Assembly (NCBI RefSeq): GCF_902713615.1
Contig: NW_024055720.1
Span: 62,001-126,000 of the forward strand
Direction: 5' to 3'
DNA from: Scyliorhinus canicula
Lineage: Eukaryota
Length of the DNA: 64,000 nt
Of the stretch, positions 12,641 to 26,696 are shown one piece after another. A program made the translations under genes and the position numbers. Position 1 is the first letter of the stretch. Every line of letters begins with the position of its first letter. A model generated the notes under the pieces. That model made no database searches. It saw only the letters and a program-made list of their open reading frames with translations, and was not told the DNA's origin.

Positions 12641-15600
12641 ATGTATAAAATAATTTATAATATCGAGACAGACAACAGGAACATGGTCCGGTATAATATT
12701 AACGGAGACAGGCCCTGGTGTGATGTAAAGAGACACATTCCAGTGGAATATAAAAGAGGCGGAACTTAATGTAATATAATAATGTGCATGGTTTAGTGTA
12801 ATATTAATTGAGTGTTGCACAAACAGAACAGTGTAGTATAGACAGGGACAGGATTTACTTTAATATAAATAAAGGAAGAGTCTCATTCAACTTGAGAAGA
12901 AACAGATTTGACGTAATACAGTGACATAGAAAATAGAGCAGGAGTAAACCATTCTGTCCCTTCTCCGCTATTCATTCTGATCATGGTTGGTCATCCACAT
13001 CAGTAACCTGTTTCCACTTTCCCCCCTGTCATTTGGCCCCTTTATAGCTTTGATCCCCAAGAGCTTTATCTAACGCCTTCTTGAAAACATAGAATACTTT
13101 GGACTCAACTTCGTTCTGTTGTATAGAATTCACAGATTCACAAATCTCAGGGTGAACACATTGCTCCTCATCTCAGTCCTAAATGGTTTACCCCGTATCC
13201 TTAGACTGTGACACCTTGTTCTAGCTTTGCCGGCCATCGGGACCATCCTTTCTGCATCCGCCCTGTCTAGTCCTGTTGCAATTTGATCGGTTTATAATCA
13301 GAGCGGAAAATGAATTAATATCTCATTAATCAGTGTTCTCTATTTTCTGACCCTTCTTCCAGTGAATTAAGTTTCTTCCTAACTAATCAAATAAAACCAT
13401 TCCGATTTTGACCATTTTCACCAGGCCTCCCCATAACCTGCTGGGTTATAAGGAAAACAATCCCAGCTTCTAACCGCTCTGACCGTGCAGCTGATGCAGT
13501 GAGAAGATCAGGTTGTACATATGTTTCTGCCTTGCTTGCATTTAGATGCTATTTTTGGAATAACTGATATTTTATATGGAGCCAATGGACATCCCATTCA
13601 CCATTACCATTGTGTCCGAATAAGACCAAGACTAATAAAAGACCAGCCTCTGAAAATTAAATTGACCCAAGTAAGACTGGACCCAGAGTTTGAACTTTAG
13701 ATACACTGAGCAATATGTCAGAATGTCAAAATACAAACCATGATAGGTTAGCAGTCTTGTCTCAGTGGAATCCATATCACCTCCCACAACAGATACCTGA
13801 GCCCATGATCCAGACCTGTGATCGAATTCAGGAGGAGTGTATTATGTTCAGTTGTTCCATCTTTTAGATGTGATGATTTCAGTCTTAGGGGTAGTTTCGC
13901 AAGATTATTACAAAACTGGTAACCTGGAGGTCTGAACTAATACTCCAGACACAGGAGTGCAAATTCCTCCAGGGCATATTACAGTGCTGTGAACGGTTTG
14001 GTCTCCTTATGTAAAGATAGATATTTGGGGGCAGTCCTGAGAAGGCTTTTTAGGTAAATCCCGAGAGTGGAGGGATTTTCAAAGGCAGGTAGCATTTCAC
14101 AGCACCGACAGAGGCTCTTCGGCCCATCGGTCCTCTGTCTGTCAGCAAATAAAGAGGAATCCGGCCTTGAATCACAGACCTTGCGGTAAACCGCCAAACA
14201 TGCTGACCAATTGCACCACAGAGACTGACATGAGGAGAGCTTAAGTAGGTTAGGACTACACGCATTGGAGTTTAGAAGAATGAGAGGCGAAGTTACTGAG
14301 ATTTATAGTTTTCTCAGGGCACTTGCCAGTGTAGATGTTAAAGGTTGTTTCGGCTTGTGGGAGGGTCTAGGACCATAGGGCACAATCTCAGTGTAAGGTG
14401 CCACTCATTTCAGACGAGGATGAGGAGGAATTTCTTCTCTCAGAGGGTAGTGATTCTCTAGAATTCTTTGCCATAGAGAGTTGGCCTGGTCAATCAATAT
14501 GTTCAAGGCTGAGACAGACAGATTCTTCATCAGTAAGGGAATCAAGGGTTATGGGGATGACGTGGAAATGTGGAGTTGAGGATTTTTACCAGATTTGCCA
14601 CAAACTCATCGAATGGCAGATCAGATTCCATGGGCCGAATGGCCAATTTCTGCTCCTAGATCTTCTGGTTTTATGGCAGCTGTAGATACTTTCAATTGAA
14701 TGACTTAATCAATCAGAAAAAAAATCGGCGTGTCATTTATAATACTTATGAAGCTATCGAACTTTCGCAACGCCCAGCAGGTTCACCAAAGTCCTTCAGG
14801 AGAAGAAAGCTTCCCTCCTTACTCTGTCTGGCCCATATGTGACTCTAGTTCAGCAATGATGTGGTTGACTGTTGACTATCTCTGATATTGCCGAGCAAGC
14901 AAGTTAGTTCAACGGAACATGCTACAGAAAGTCAAATGTCAATAAAATCGATCGAAGTGCACCTTATTAAAAAGGTGGTTCACATCCCGCTTCTCAGGAT
15001 AGACAGTTAATGATGGCTATATGGCGAGAATGAATGCAAAACTGTGCAAAGTGCTGCAGGTTCTGGAAATCTAAAACAAAAGCAACAAAAAAGGCTGCTC
15101 AGCAGGTCAGTGAGCATCAGTAGAGAGAGGAACAGATTCACATTTTAGGGGGGTTACCTCACTGATATAATTCTAAAGAGCAGAGCTGCTTTTCCCAGCA
15201 TCTTGGACCAATGTCCGTTCTTCATCTAAAATCACAAATTAGCTGGTCACTTATCCCATCTCCATTTGTGGGAGCTTGCTGTGCACAAATTCCCTGCTCT
15301 GTTTCCAACATTGGAGCAGTGACTAAATTCAGCAAAAATATATCAGTGAGTTTTAAGGGCGTTGGGATGACCTGAGGTCGGGTAAAGTGTTTTACAAAAT
15401 CAAGCTCTTTCCAAATGTTAACATTTTAAAATGCAGGTTGTAATATGTTGAAAGATCTGAGATTGATGGGACTATAGATCAATCCTCTGCCTGATGTTTC
15501 AATTTATTTACTTTAAATCGGTTAATATTTCAGTCAATTTAACATTCAGTGGAAAAGTAGCTGGTTAAAGATGATTTATTAATTGAGGTATCAGAACTTT

Positions 15601-16419
15601 CAGAATGAATACTTAATTTAAAGTATGTTTTATTTCAATTAAGTAACATCTGTTCTAATGGAAGTTTCTATTCATTTAACCAACTGTCAACATTCTTAAA
15701 ATAAACCGCTATTTTGAGTTGAAACTAATCAATAAGTGACTGTGTTTATCTCGTATTGCTGAAATGAACATTTCATTGTGACCAGTGAGGTTTTTATGTA
15801 AATAAACTCATAAATAGAAGTTCCAGATTAGATTGCGGACTGAGAAAAGCAAAACAAATGTTTCCCCACCAACACAGCACAGAAATAGATCTAAAGATGC
15901 TAATAGATCAACGGATTCCAGTAGCATTTGTTTTTCGACATTTTTTTATTCATCGGTTATATGAGAAAAATGTCATTATGCTACCCATGTTCATAATTAG
16001 AAAAGATTCCCTCCAATCTCTAAATATAAGGACATGTCAAGTGGGTTAGTAGAATTTTCCTGTATCCTATCTCTTTCTGTGTCTTTCTCATAACTGGTTC
16101 TAGCTCATGTCCCTCCACGAAGGGTCATTGTCTTTAATCGACATGTGGCCAACACTAATAACAATTTTACTGTGAAAAGCCCCGAGTCGCCACATTCCGG
16201 CGCTTGTCTAGATAAGATGGAACGGGAATTGAACCCGCGCTGCTTGTCTTGTTCTGCATCACTAACCAGCTGCCTAGCCCACTGAGCTAAGCCAGCCCTC
16301 TCACCCCGTTGGCTTTCAACTAAATGGATCGAATCCGATGTATTGGAATCCGTAGAGGGACTTTTACGCTAAAATGAGGTTGGAGCATTCAATGACCTTG
16401 GAGTGTTTAATGAGAACTG

Positions 16420-16990
16420 TAGAGACAATTTTCCTCTATATCTGATTTGGGGTTCACATGATGGTTGAGGGTTTTACGTGGCAGGGCCGAAGAATCTTTC
16501 CTTGTACTTAATCAAGCTGCCAGGACATTTGAGCATTTGACTGAAGAGTGTAGAGCAAGCTTTACTTGCATGTAACCTGCACTGAACCTGCTCTGTGAGT
16601 GTTTGATATGACTCTGCACAGGGAGATTTACTCCGTACCTGAACTGTGCTGCACCTGACCTGGGTGAGTTTGATGGGAAAATGCAGAGATTTCTTTACCC
16701 AGTAACTAACACTACTGTAAACCTGTCTTGGGGACCTCTGAAGGAAGAGTGCAGAAGAGGTTTTGCCTTGTATTGAACTCTTGGTTTCTCGGCCTTTAAT
16801 GTGTTTGAGCGAGTTATGTAGAGGGAATTTAATTATATATCTAAACAATCTGCAGCTGCTCTGAGAATGTTTGATGGGGACAGTGTAAGGGAGTTTCTCT
16901 TTGTCTCCAACCTGTGATGTACCTGTCCTGCGGGTGTTTGAAGGGACAGTCGTCGCTGGCTCTGTATTGAACCAAGCCGTGAGCCCGACT
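16420..16990. repeat. Degenerate ~70-bp satellite (GTACCTGTCCTG.GAGTGTTTGATGGGGACAGTGTAGAGGGAGCTTTACTCTG); related tracts at 1490-1990 and 10290-10390
   Basis: Recurrent GTTTGATGGG(G)ACAGTGT and CTTTACTCTGTA motifs. Confidence 0.7.
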
Positions 16991-17343
16991 CTGTTTATAT
17001 TATACTACCTTGTACCTGTGTCATTTTATATTAAATAAGGGCCTATTTCTCTTTGTTCATATTAAACCAGGCCACCAATTAGAAGACATGTCTTGAGCAA
17101 TAAGGCGTTTAGGAGTTATTGGGAGAAGGCAGGAGAATGGAGATTAGAAACATTAGGAACATGGTTTAATGGCGGAGCAGTCTCGATGGGTCGAATGGTC
17201 TAATTCTGCTCCTATATGCTATGGAGTTATGGACCCTGTTTGTCTCTCTTTACATTAACCTAGAACCTGACTCTGTTTTTATTAATTTAAACCTGTCTCT
17301 GTATTATATTTGATACAGCCTCAGTTCTGCCCTGGGCCATATC

Positions 17344-17680
17344 TAGAACATAGAACAGTACAGCACAGAACAGGCCCTTCGGCCCTCAATGTTGTGCCGA
17401 GCCATGATCAAACCCACGTATCCACCCTATACCCGTAACCCAACAGCCCCCCCCTTAACCTTACTTTTTATTAGCACACTACGGGCAATTTAGCATGGCC
17501 AATCCACCTAACCCGCACATCTTTGGACTGTGGGAGGAAACCGGAGCACCCGGAGGAAACCCACGCACACAGGGGGAGGACGTGCAGACTCCACACAGAC
17601 AGTGACCCAGCCGGGAATCGAACCTGGGACCCTGGAGCTGTGGAGCATTTATGCTAACCACCATGCTACCCTGCTGCCCC
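17344..17680 (-). mobile_element. V-SINE / HE1-type SINE, young subfamily
   Basis: Near-identical to the other young copies. Confidence 0.9.
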
Positions 17681-19399
17681 ATATGCTATGGAGTTCATCT
17701 CTGTTCATATTACATTGGACCCGGCCTCAGTAATTGCTGCGGTAGACCATGTACAATAATTTGGAAAGTAGCCAATTGTGAAGATTTTTAAAAAACTGAG
17801 GGGAAAGTGAGAGTCTAAAATTCTTCAGCGAGCAATGCTGATCTATGTCCAGATAAACGTCATAGTCTGTCTTGTCAGCACCCAAGATGCACCTACATAC
17901 ATGCGCAGATCTCCCTGATCTTCTTGCAGCCACTCCAACTTGTACAACTGAAATTCTATTGCCTGAGCCTAGTGCAATAAACTAAGGGAATGGAATAGTT
18001 GTAATTGTGTAACATAAACAAAGGGCAATTAGATAAATAACTGAGACAGAAGCTAATGTTACAGCAACTTCATTCTCTTCACAGCAGGCACACAGTAGCT
18101 GCATTGTGTAACATCGACGGGATGCACTGCAGCAACTCGCCATGATTTCTTCAACAGCACCTTCCATACCCGAGACCTCCGAGAATCACAAGGGCAGCAA
18201 GCACATGGAAACACAATACTCTGCATCCGCCTACACATACAGCTCTCTGGGGTAGGAATTGGTCTTGGGCACTGGCAAAGAAGAAATGCCAACTGAAATC
18301 TAATTCGGCTGACTGCACTGAAAATGAATATCAAATGTTGCATAGCACACACTGTATACACCATACATCCCGTTTCAGGCTGTTTCCCTATACTGATTTC
18401 TTGTCCAAAATATCTATTCATTATATTATCTTTCCATCTCAAAGACATGTGGAATGATGCGCCCACAATTCAAAATAGAGGCATCGTCTGATGCATTAAT
18501 AAAAGTGAGCAGATCTCAGAAAAAAATAGGCAGATTCAGGATCAAATATAGAATCCCTACAGGGCAGAAGGCCACTCGGTCCATAGCATCTGCCCCGACC
18601 TCTTAAAGAACACCTTCCGCAATCCCCTGCCCTTGCACCATGACCTGCGCATCACTGGACACTAAGGGGCAATTTAGAATGGCCAATAAACTTAACCTAC
18701 ATATTTTTGGATTATGGGAGGAAACAGGAGCATCTGGACGAAAGCTACTCAGACACAGGGAGAAAGTGCAAACTCCACATGGATCGTCAAGAATTGAACC
18801 CTGGACTTATGAGGCAGCAGTGCCAACCACTGTGCCACCGTGCCGCCCCTAACATAATCAGAGACTGGGTCTAGTGCAATAGAAACTGAATTCTGGTCTA
18901 GCGGATTGTCGATTGATACAAATTGAGACATGACTAATGCAGCAATAAGAGGGATATCGTACAACACAAGAATAACATGGGCAGGGGCTAGTGTTATATA
19001 AACAGGGACATGGACAGGTGTAGAATTAAGCAAAGCAGCATTGAGTTTATTAGAATCTAACTATCTTGTCGAGTAATAGCTGAGACCGAACCACATGTGA
19101 TGCAAACAGAATGTTGTTCCAGTTTACGATGCACAGATAAACGTTCTGATGCTGTAACCATTGTGACGTGTTTCGTGCCAGACTAACCGAGACATGATTC
19201 AGTTCAGTTATTATTAATGATTTGTAATATAAACAAGGCGTCGGCCTGTATATTAACAACTGATATTCAGCCGAGTGCAGGGAAACTGAGACAGGACCTG
19301 CTGCAATGTGATAGAGACACGGCAAGTGTAATGTAAACAGAGGCTGGGGTTAGGTGAATGTAAGCTGAGAGATATGTTTAGAATTATTTAATGGCATCT

Positions 19400-20870
19400 T
19401 GGTGTCACCAGTAACGTCAGCATTTGATGCCAATTCCTAATTGCCCTCGAGAATGTTGTGTTGAAACCGCTTATTGAACCATTGCATTCCATTCTGAGCA
19501 AGTCCACCCACAGAGCTGATAGGAAGGGAGTTCCAGGATTTTGACCAGTGACAGTGAAGGAACAGGGATATTGTTCCCATCTTCTGCACTGTAAATTCTA
19601 TGAAATCTATGAAGATGGTGTGTGGCTTGTCGGGGAACTTGCAGGTCCTGCTGTTACAATGTGTCTGTCGGGCCTGGTCCTTTTAATTGTCAGAGTTCGT
19701 GGGTTTGGAAGGTGGTATAGAAGGAGGCAATTGCTGCAGCAGATCCTTGTATATCGCTCACGCTGCTAGAATTGTACACCCCTGATTCAGGGACTGAATG
19801 TTTCAGCCGGTGGTTGGGGTGTTCCTCGAGTCGGCCGCTTTCTCCTGGATGGCGTTGAGATTCTCGAGTGTTGCTTGAGGGGCGCACTTCAGACAAATGG
19901 AGAATATTCAGTTAAACTCCTGACTTCTGCTTTCCAGATGATGAGTAGGGGTTGGGAAGTCAGGAGGTGAGTAACTCACCGTAAAATCTCCAGCCACTGA
20001 CCTGCTCTTGTAGCCACATTATTTAAATGGTTCTTCCAGTTCAGTTTTTCATCAATGCTAATGATGGTGGGGGATTCAATCAATGTAGTGTCATTTAAAA
20101 TCAAGGGGAGTTGGTTAGCACCTCTATGTTTGGGGTGGTCATTGCCTGACACTTGTCAGCCCAAGCTTGAATGTTGTCCAAGTCTTACTGTATATGAAGA
20201 CAAACTGCTTCAGTATTTGAGGAATCGAATATGGTGCACAACATTGGGTAATCATGAGCGAACATCCCCACTTCTGACCTTACGATGAAGGGTGAAGCTA
20301 AGGCCGGGGGTACTATGCTAGGACACTATACGTGACAAGATGCTCCTTGACACTTTTCATGAAGTTGCTGATGATCGAATGCGGACTGATGGGCCAATAA
20401 TTGGCCGGGTTGGATTTTTCCTGCCTTATGTGGACGGGTCATGTTTGGCAATGTTACACATTGTTGGGTACATGTCAGTGCTATACCTGCACTGGAGCAA
20501 CTTGTCTGTGGCGCAGCCAGTTCCAGGCCACACATCTTCAGTATTGCTGCTAGAATGTTGCCAGGGATAATGCATTAGCAGCGCCGTCAGCCGTTTCTTG
20601 ATATCGTGTGGAGTGAATCAAATTTGCTGAAGACTGACATCCACGATGATGCAGACCACCGGAGGAGGCCGAGATGGATCATCATCTCGGCACCTCTGGC
20701 AGAAACATTCACTCTTGTTTTTTGCACTGACGTGCTGGGCTCCCGCATCAATGAAGAGGGGAATTTTATTGAGGCTCCTATTCCGGCCTTTTGTTTATTT
20801 ATTCATTACTATTCAGGACTGGATGTGGCAAAACTGCAGAGTCAGATACTGTATATTGAAAATAGGATCA
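19400..20870 (-). mobile_element. Degraded L2/CR1-group LINE fragment
   Basis: Homologous to 22200-22920. RT C-terminal-like and 3' region, heavily mutated. Confidence 0.55.
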
Positions 20871-22199
20871 CATTGATTGTGTGATATAAACATTGACAAG
20901 TACTGGTGCAGTATTAATTGAAACAGTGCCGTGTATAAAAACAAAGACACTGTCTAGCCTAACAAAAATACAGATGGAGTCCAATTTAAAATTAGCAGAG
21001 GCAGCAGTAATTATTGAGGCAATGTCTGCTTCATGTGATGCAAGTCATCTCGATTTAAATCCCATCTGCTGGCCAAACTTTACAATTGCAGTTGCTGTGA
21101 AAATGTTGCTGTCAGGTATAATCCATGAAGTTGATGTATCCATAATCCATTTCCACAAATGTAATATCGCATCGTCTTCTACGGGAGGTGCCAAAATTTA
21201 AAGTGTAACTAATTGCAGGTGTGGCTGACTGATTCTCCCACATTGAGATCAGTACCAGAGCAAAGCGGCTCAATTCCTGGTAAAGCGTTTTTGTTCATCT
21301 TTGTTAAATAGAGGAATGTTTACCTGGGCGTTCTATGGAGTCCATGGGAAATTTAACATTAATCTCACAAACATACTGCTGGGGAGTGTTTATTGATTGA
21401 TTGTACCACCTGCAAAATGGTTGGGTCCATTGTGTCCGAAGCTTCCCAGGAAGTTAACATGGGATTTTAATTTTCAAGGGGAAATGTGTGTGCGCGTGTA
21501 AGACAGAGAGAATGCATGCGTGGGAGACTGTGTGGCTGTGTTTGTGTGAAACACATGTTGCGCACAAATTTAACAAAGGCCACGGCATCCTTCTATTTCC
21601 AATAGATATACAGCAAATAGATCCACAAATGTTGCACATGAAGCTCCCAGTTGTCGTTCTGTGTTGCCGTTTTCTCGGTTTTTGTCGATTTCAAAGCTGC
21701 TAAATCCACTGGTCCTGGTGGCTCACACCAGCCGACCGACAATGTCGAATGTTTATTGAGATTGATGAAATTGAGTAAAGTAAGGTGAAGCGGTAGACAT
21801 GTGGCAGAGGGAGCAGATCGTGTTCAGAGTAAATCTTGCGACACACACACAGCACCTTACTTCCAGCAACATTCCGCCTGCAAGCAGATGAAGTGTTTAA
21901 AGTGTAAAGCTAGCAAAGGCCTTCCCAGTGCTGCTATGAGTGAGATATGTCAATAGTTGTTGCACTTCCCTCTGTCCACTTTGTTTCCGATATTGGTTAT
22001 GATTTTACATCATGAATCTCCTGTGGGATGCCTTATATGTTCCAGCAGAGAAGGCGGAGGCCATAAATGGTCAGAAACATAGCAATTATATTCACCACTT
22101 TTCATTAATTTATGAATATAAATGATTAGATTCAGCAATTGCCATCGTTCCACAAAGTCCTGTTTTAAATGAAGTTATATGGTGTGGGCATCGAGGGCA

Positions 22200-22920
22200 T
22201 GACTTATTGTCCATCGCTAATTGCCTTTCACAAAGAGGAGGTGAACTGCTTGTTTGAACCTCTGCAGCCACTCTGGTGCAGGTCCACCGACGATGAGGTT
22301 AGGGAGGGAGTTCTAGGCTTTTGAGCCAGCGACAGCGAAGATTCGGTGATATATTTGCAAGTTAGGATAGTGAATGATTTGGAGGGGAATTTCCAGGTGG
22401 TGATCTTACCATGTATCAACTGCCTTTTCCTTCTAGAAGGATATGGTCCTGGGTTCCGAAGGTGTTTCGAAAGGAGATTTGCTGCGTTCCTGCAGTGTAT
22501 CTTGTGGATGGGACATTATTGCCATTATTCGCCGGAGGTGGATTGAATGAGTGTTTGCACATGGGATGACAATAAAGCTTCTTTAGCCTGGATGGTGTCG
22601 AGCTTCTTGAATTTTGTTGGAGCTGCACCCAGCCAGGCAACTGGAGTGTATTCAATTACACTCCAGGTTTCTGCTTTGTAGATAGTGAACAGGCTTTGGG
22701 AGTCAGGAGGCGAGTTGCTCACCGCAGGTTTCCTGGACGCTGATCGGATCTTGTAGCCTCAGCATTTATATGGTCAGTCCAGTACAGCTTCTGGTCAATG
22801 GTAACCCCAGTGTATTGATCGTGGGGAATTCAGCGATGACAATATCAGTGAATGTCAAGGAGCGATGGTTCGATTCTATCTTGTTGGAAATGGTCATTGT
22901 TTAGCAATTCCGTGGCGAAT
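22200..22920 (-). mobile_element. Degraded L2/CR1-group LINE 3' fragment
   Basis: Translation FTIYKAETWSVIEYTPVAWLGAAPTKFKKLDTIQAK resembles a non-LTR RT thumb region. Confidence 0.65.
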
Positions 22921-25900
22921 ATCACCAATTGTCACAAGTCACAAAGTTAAATAATGATATTATTCAATTATCATCAACACAACATAAGAAGTTCCATTCA
23001 CCAATTATGATCCGCACTTTCTTTTACAAAATGTAAATAGAATTCATTTAATGGAGGTGGTTTTGAGACCTCGAAGAGATCAGCCACGATGATTGAATGG
23101 CGGAGCAGGCTCGAAGGGCTTAATTGCTTATTTCTGCTCCTAATTCTTTTCTTGTGTGTTTAACATAATTTATTAAGGTTAAACGTAATTGAATAGCATT
23201 GACCATTCTGTCACCAAGAAGTCACATCTACACCGGAATTCAATGTGAAATGGAATTAAACCACACCGAGGAGAGTGTGCAGCTACCCAGCAGCCTCTGC
23301 GCTGTATTGGTCAGTAATCTCGTCATCGTCACACAGAATCTCCAGACTGGAGGGTGAGATGATATTTAAAGTGCCGGTAGAAATAAAAATGCCTTTACCT
23401 AATGTGACGTTAATGAATCTTTCCTTCCCAATTTCTTATTACACTGTTTTGGAAAGTAATTCAACATTTACAGCTCTCCACTGAGTTTCACAGTATTTCT
23501 GTTTTCACATTAATATGTTTTTAGTCTGCTGTCTTCATTAATTTGGGTGAGGACATCTTGAGTGACTTATTGTACACGAAATGGCCACATGTTCCAAATA
23601 TTACAGCCGTCCCTCCTCAATGTAATCACGTTCCCGCTTTCTGTTTTTGAGATGAAGATTCGCCATCAGCAGAGAAGGATCACCAGCACCGCAGGAATAT
23701 CTCCAGTTCCCTCTTAGTGACGTCTAGCTCGTTATTTGCCGATAGTCTGGGGAGGGAATTCACCCAGAAAGGCTTCAGCCACCGAATGTATCAGGCGATA
23801 CAAATTATAAAGGACCAACTTTAATTTGTGAAATCATCAAGCGCAAAACTGAGAATGTAGAACAGCATCTTTCAGGGCCATCTATCCATCCATCCATCAA
23901 CCCCATTCACTGATTCCTCAATCACAATATTCAGGCATCCAACTAACACTCATCTCTACATCAAATCAGTGATCCCTTTATATTTTGGGTGGATGGTGAT
24001 GCAGCATTAATGTTATTGGGCCAGTAATAAAACTGCCCGGGTACAAATGCTCGGGAACAAATCCCACCATAGTCGGAGGAAGAATTTGGTTCCACTTAAT
24101 AAATCTGGAATACATATTACATGAAATCCGCTCTGTTTCACCAATGAAGGAAATCTGTCATCTCTCCCTGGCTTCACCTACATCAGGCTCCAGTCGGACA
24201 GCAACATGTCTGACTCTTCCATTCATTCTGAACTGGCAAAGCAAACCACTCAGTTCAAGAGTAATTAGGGGCAGGGTCTTGTATTGAGTCCCACAATCCT
24301 TGGACGTATATAGGGGGAAAACATGAATATACGTGTTGGTCTGTTACAAATGGACCCTCTGTCTGATAGTCTGATTGTATTTCTATCCGTCATCACAATG
24401 TTATGAGATGTGGGAGAGATCCTCCAGCGGGATATTGCTGCTAAGAGGGGCTACAAATCCTTTCCATAGAGATGGGAACAGTACAAATAGGTTCACAATT
24501 AAAAACATAATATGATCTCCAGTACTGTTGCTGGGTAGATTTGTTTATAAATAGTTCTCATTGACAATGTTAAGAGTTTGAAGTTGGCTTGCAGCCAAGC
24601 GGTCAGTACTGAGCAAACAGATCTCTGAAAAAAAAATCCAGATGCTTCCTGTAAACAACATTGAACATTCGAGCCTCCCTGACTGCAGGCGGCTGGATTG
24701 CTGCCAAATACTTTGTGGGGCAGATTAGCCTGAATATGAATGGATTAAATGGGATTGATCCATTCAAACAATAAATGTTTAGTTGCACATGAAGTAAACG
24801 TTTTAAATGGTGTTCCATGCAAAGAAATATATTCACTGAATGTTTTGTTCACTATGAGATTAAACACAATCTGAAAATAGTAACCTGACCAGATGCTATT
24901 TAATTTATATTAGTTCTGAGTAAAGGTCACTCTAGTTATTAAAGTCCGTTTGTTAAAAACCTAATGAAGTGGGAGTGAGTGGTGTTGGTGGACCCAATCC
25001 ATAAGTTCAATAAGATGACTCCAATTACAAAAAATAAAATAAAATGAATTAAAAGTTTTAAAATACTGCATTGAATTCGCGGGGAATCCTGGAATATTCT
25101 CCGAGTTGTTGATCTCCTTTAAACGGAGTCTTCTCTTATATCCGATTAGCACCGTGTTCTGTACAGTTTAATTTGTCTGGATTTCCATTATTTAGAAGTC
25201 CCTTTCATTGCTGCTAATGAGTGGAGAAATTACCAGTTCATGACCAGCTTCAGTGGAAGATAAAACATTTATTCCTGTGATATTGTGTAATATGCCACAA
25301 AGTCCTGATATCCTGTGTTCCCAACACCAGTGAATGCTAGACAGCCGGTGGTCAGTAAAATTAGCTGCAATGGTTTGGATGCTGAAGGATAACTTTGCTG
25401 ATCGCCGCGTGTTCTGATTCATTAACTTCTCTGTCAAAAGCTGATGTGAATTTTATGTTTCTCTGTCAACTCACTGCTGAATTATCAGGCAAGCGGCTTC
25501 TTTTACCGCTAATGTTCACAGGACTGTCTGAGGCTCAGGGACAGTTCGAGAAATGTGAAGAGAGACATTGTATAATGTGAGGAGTTTCTTCTTGTCGACA
25601 GACCCACAATGTACAGTGATGGCCATCCGCACTGCAAATGTAATCACGTCATTCATTCCCTCATTTAGTTACATTTCGTCTGATAAATTATACTTTATTG
25701 TTGCAATGGGATAGAGTCCCGGAGTTTTGCATATCTGAGTGACAGACAATTTATTCCCTGATAGTGTAAATTAATCTGTCTGTGTTCATCCCTTTATATT
25801 GGAGTGCAGAAATAAAGAGACTTAATATATAATGGAATTCGATTTTACTTAGAGATGTTCAAATATCATTTTCCATTCAGATGAGGATAGACATTACAAT

Positions 25901-26043
25901 GAATCCATTCAGCCAAACAAATATACCGATACCGATCAAATATCGTTTTTTAAATAATAACCTATTTAAATATCTGAGTCCATTCTGTTGGGGGTGTGGA
26001 AGGTGGAACGTGGATCCAGTCGCCGCCTCCACCAGGGAATCAA

Positions 26044-26088
26044 CAGGTGGCGCATGGAAAGCCGCCCCCTTCTGCCGGGTATTTAAAT
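26044..26088 (+). promoter_or_regulatory. VH promoter core: E-box CAGGTG (26044-26049) and TATA-like TATTTAAAT (26080-26088)
   Basis: Motifs lie about 90-130 bp upstream of the leader ATG in a locally GC/CpG-rich patch. No perfect octamer seen. Confidence 0.6.
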
Positions 26089-26178
26089 GCCGCTCACTGG
26101 GACCCGAATCCAACAGTCCGCGAGCTGGTTTGTTCACTGAGTTCCTGACACAACCATTTCCCCCAAATGACCAGAAGG

Positions 26179-26224
26179 ATGAGGTGGGCCATTTCTCTCA
26201 GTTTGTTGCTGACTTTCTTATCCC
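26179..26224 (+). CDS. IGHV: IgH V leader exon (MRWAISLSLLLTFLS + 1 nt; alternative in-frame ATG at 26167)
   Basis: Hydrophobic signal peptide, donor GTGAGT at 26225, phase-1 intron of 128 bp to the AG at 26351-26352. Confidence 0.92.
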
Positions 26225-26352
26225 GTGAGTAGTTTTTATTGTCCAAGTCTCTCACTGTTACTGTCTCAGTGTTAGTCTCTCTCTGGAATGTTCCAGAGTC
26301 ACCAATCATTTCACCAGCATTAATCCTCGGGCTTTTTGATATATTTTTACAG

Positions 26353-26657
26353 GTGTCCAGTCGGATGTTGTGTTGACTCAGCCAGAGGCAGAGACCGGGC
26401 GTCCCGGAGGCTCCCTGACACTGACCTGTAAAACCAGCGGCTTCGATCTTGGCAGCTACGCCATGAACTGGGTCCGCCAGGTTCCCGGACAGGGGCTGGA
26501 GTGGTTGGTATATTACTATACTTCATCCAGCAACGGCTACGCCCCAGCCATTAAAGATCGATTCACTGCGTCCAAAGACACTTCAAACAACATCTTCTCT
26601 TTGGCCATGAGGAGCCTGAAGACCGAAGACACCGCCATCTATTACTGTGCAAGAGAC
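26353..26657 (+). CDS. IGHV: IgH variable exon (R-VQS|[22 protein letters not shown]...WVRQ...[11 protein letters not shown])
   Basis: Canonical V-set Cys, Trp and YYC motifs, open frame, followed directly by an RSS. Confidence 0.97.
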
Positions 26658-26696
26658 CACAGCGAGAGGAACCAGGGCTGGACCCGCACAAGAACA
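26658..26696 (+). other. V recombination signal, 23-bp spacer
   Basis: CACAGCG (26658-26664) + 23 nt + ACAAGAACA (26688-26696). Confidence 0.93.

Larger units (their letters stand above)
10390..16510. repeat. Segmental duplication copy 2
   Basis: Diverged tandem paralog of 5200-10390 with a different set of TE insertions. Confidence 0.88.

Noticed and set aside
23650-23825. Short open stretch (…NISSSLLVTSSSLF…) faintly like an Ig C-domain strand
   Set aside because: No conserved Cys/Trp framework and no convincing splice sites.
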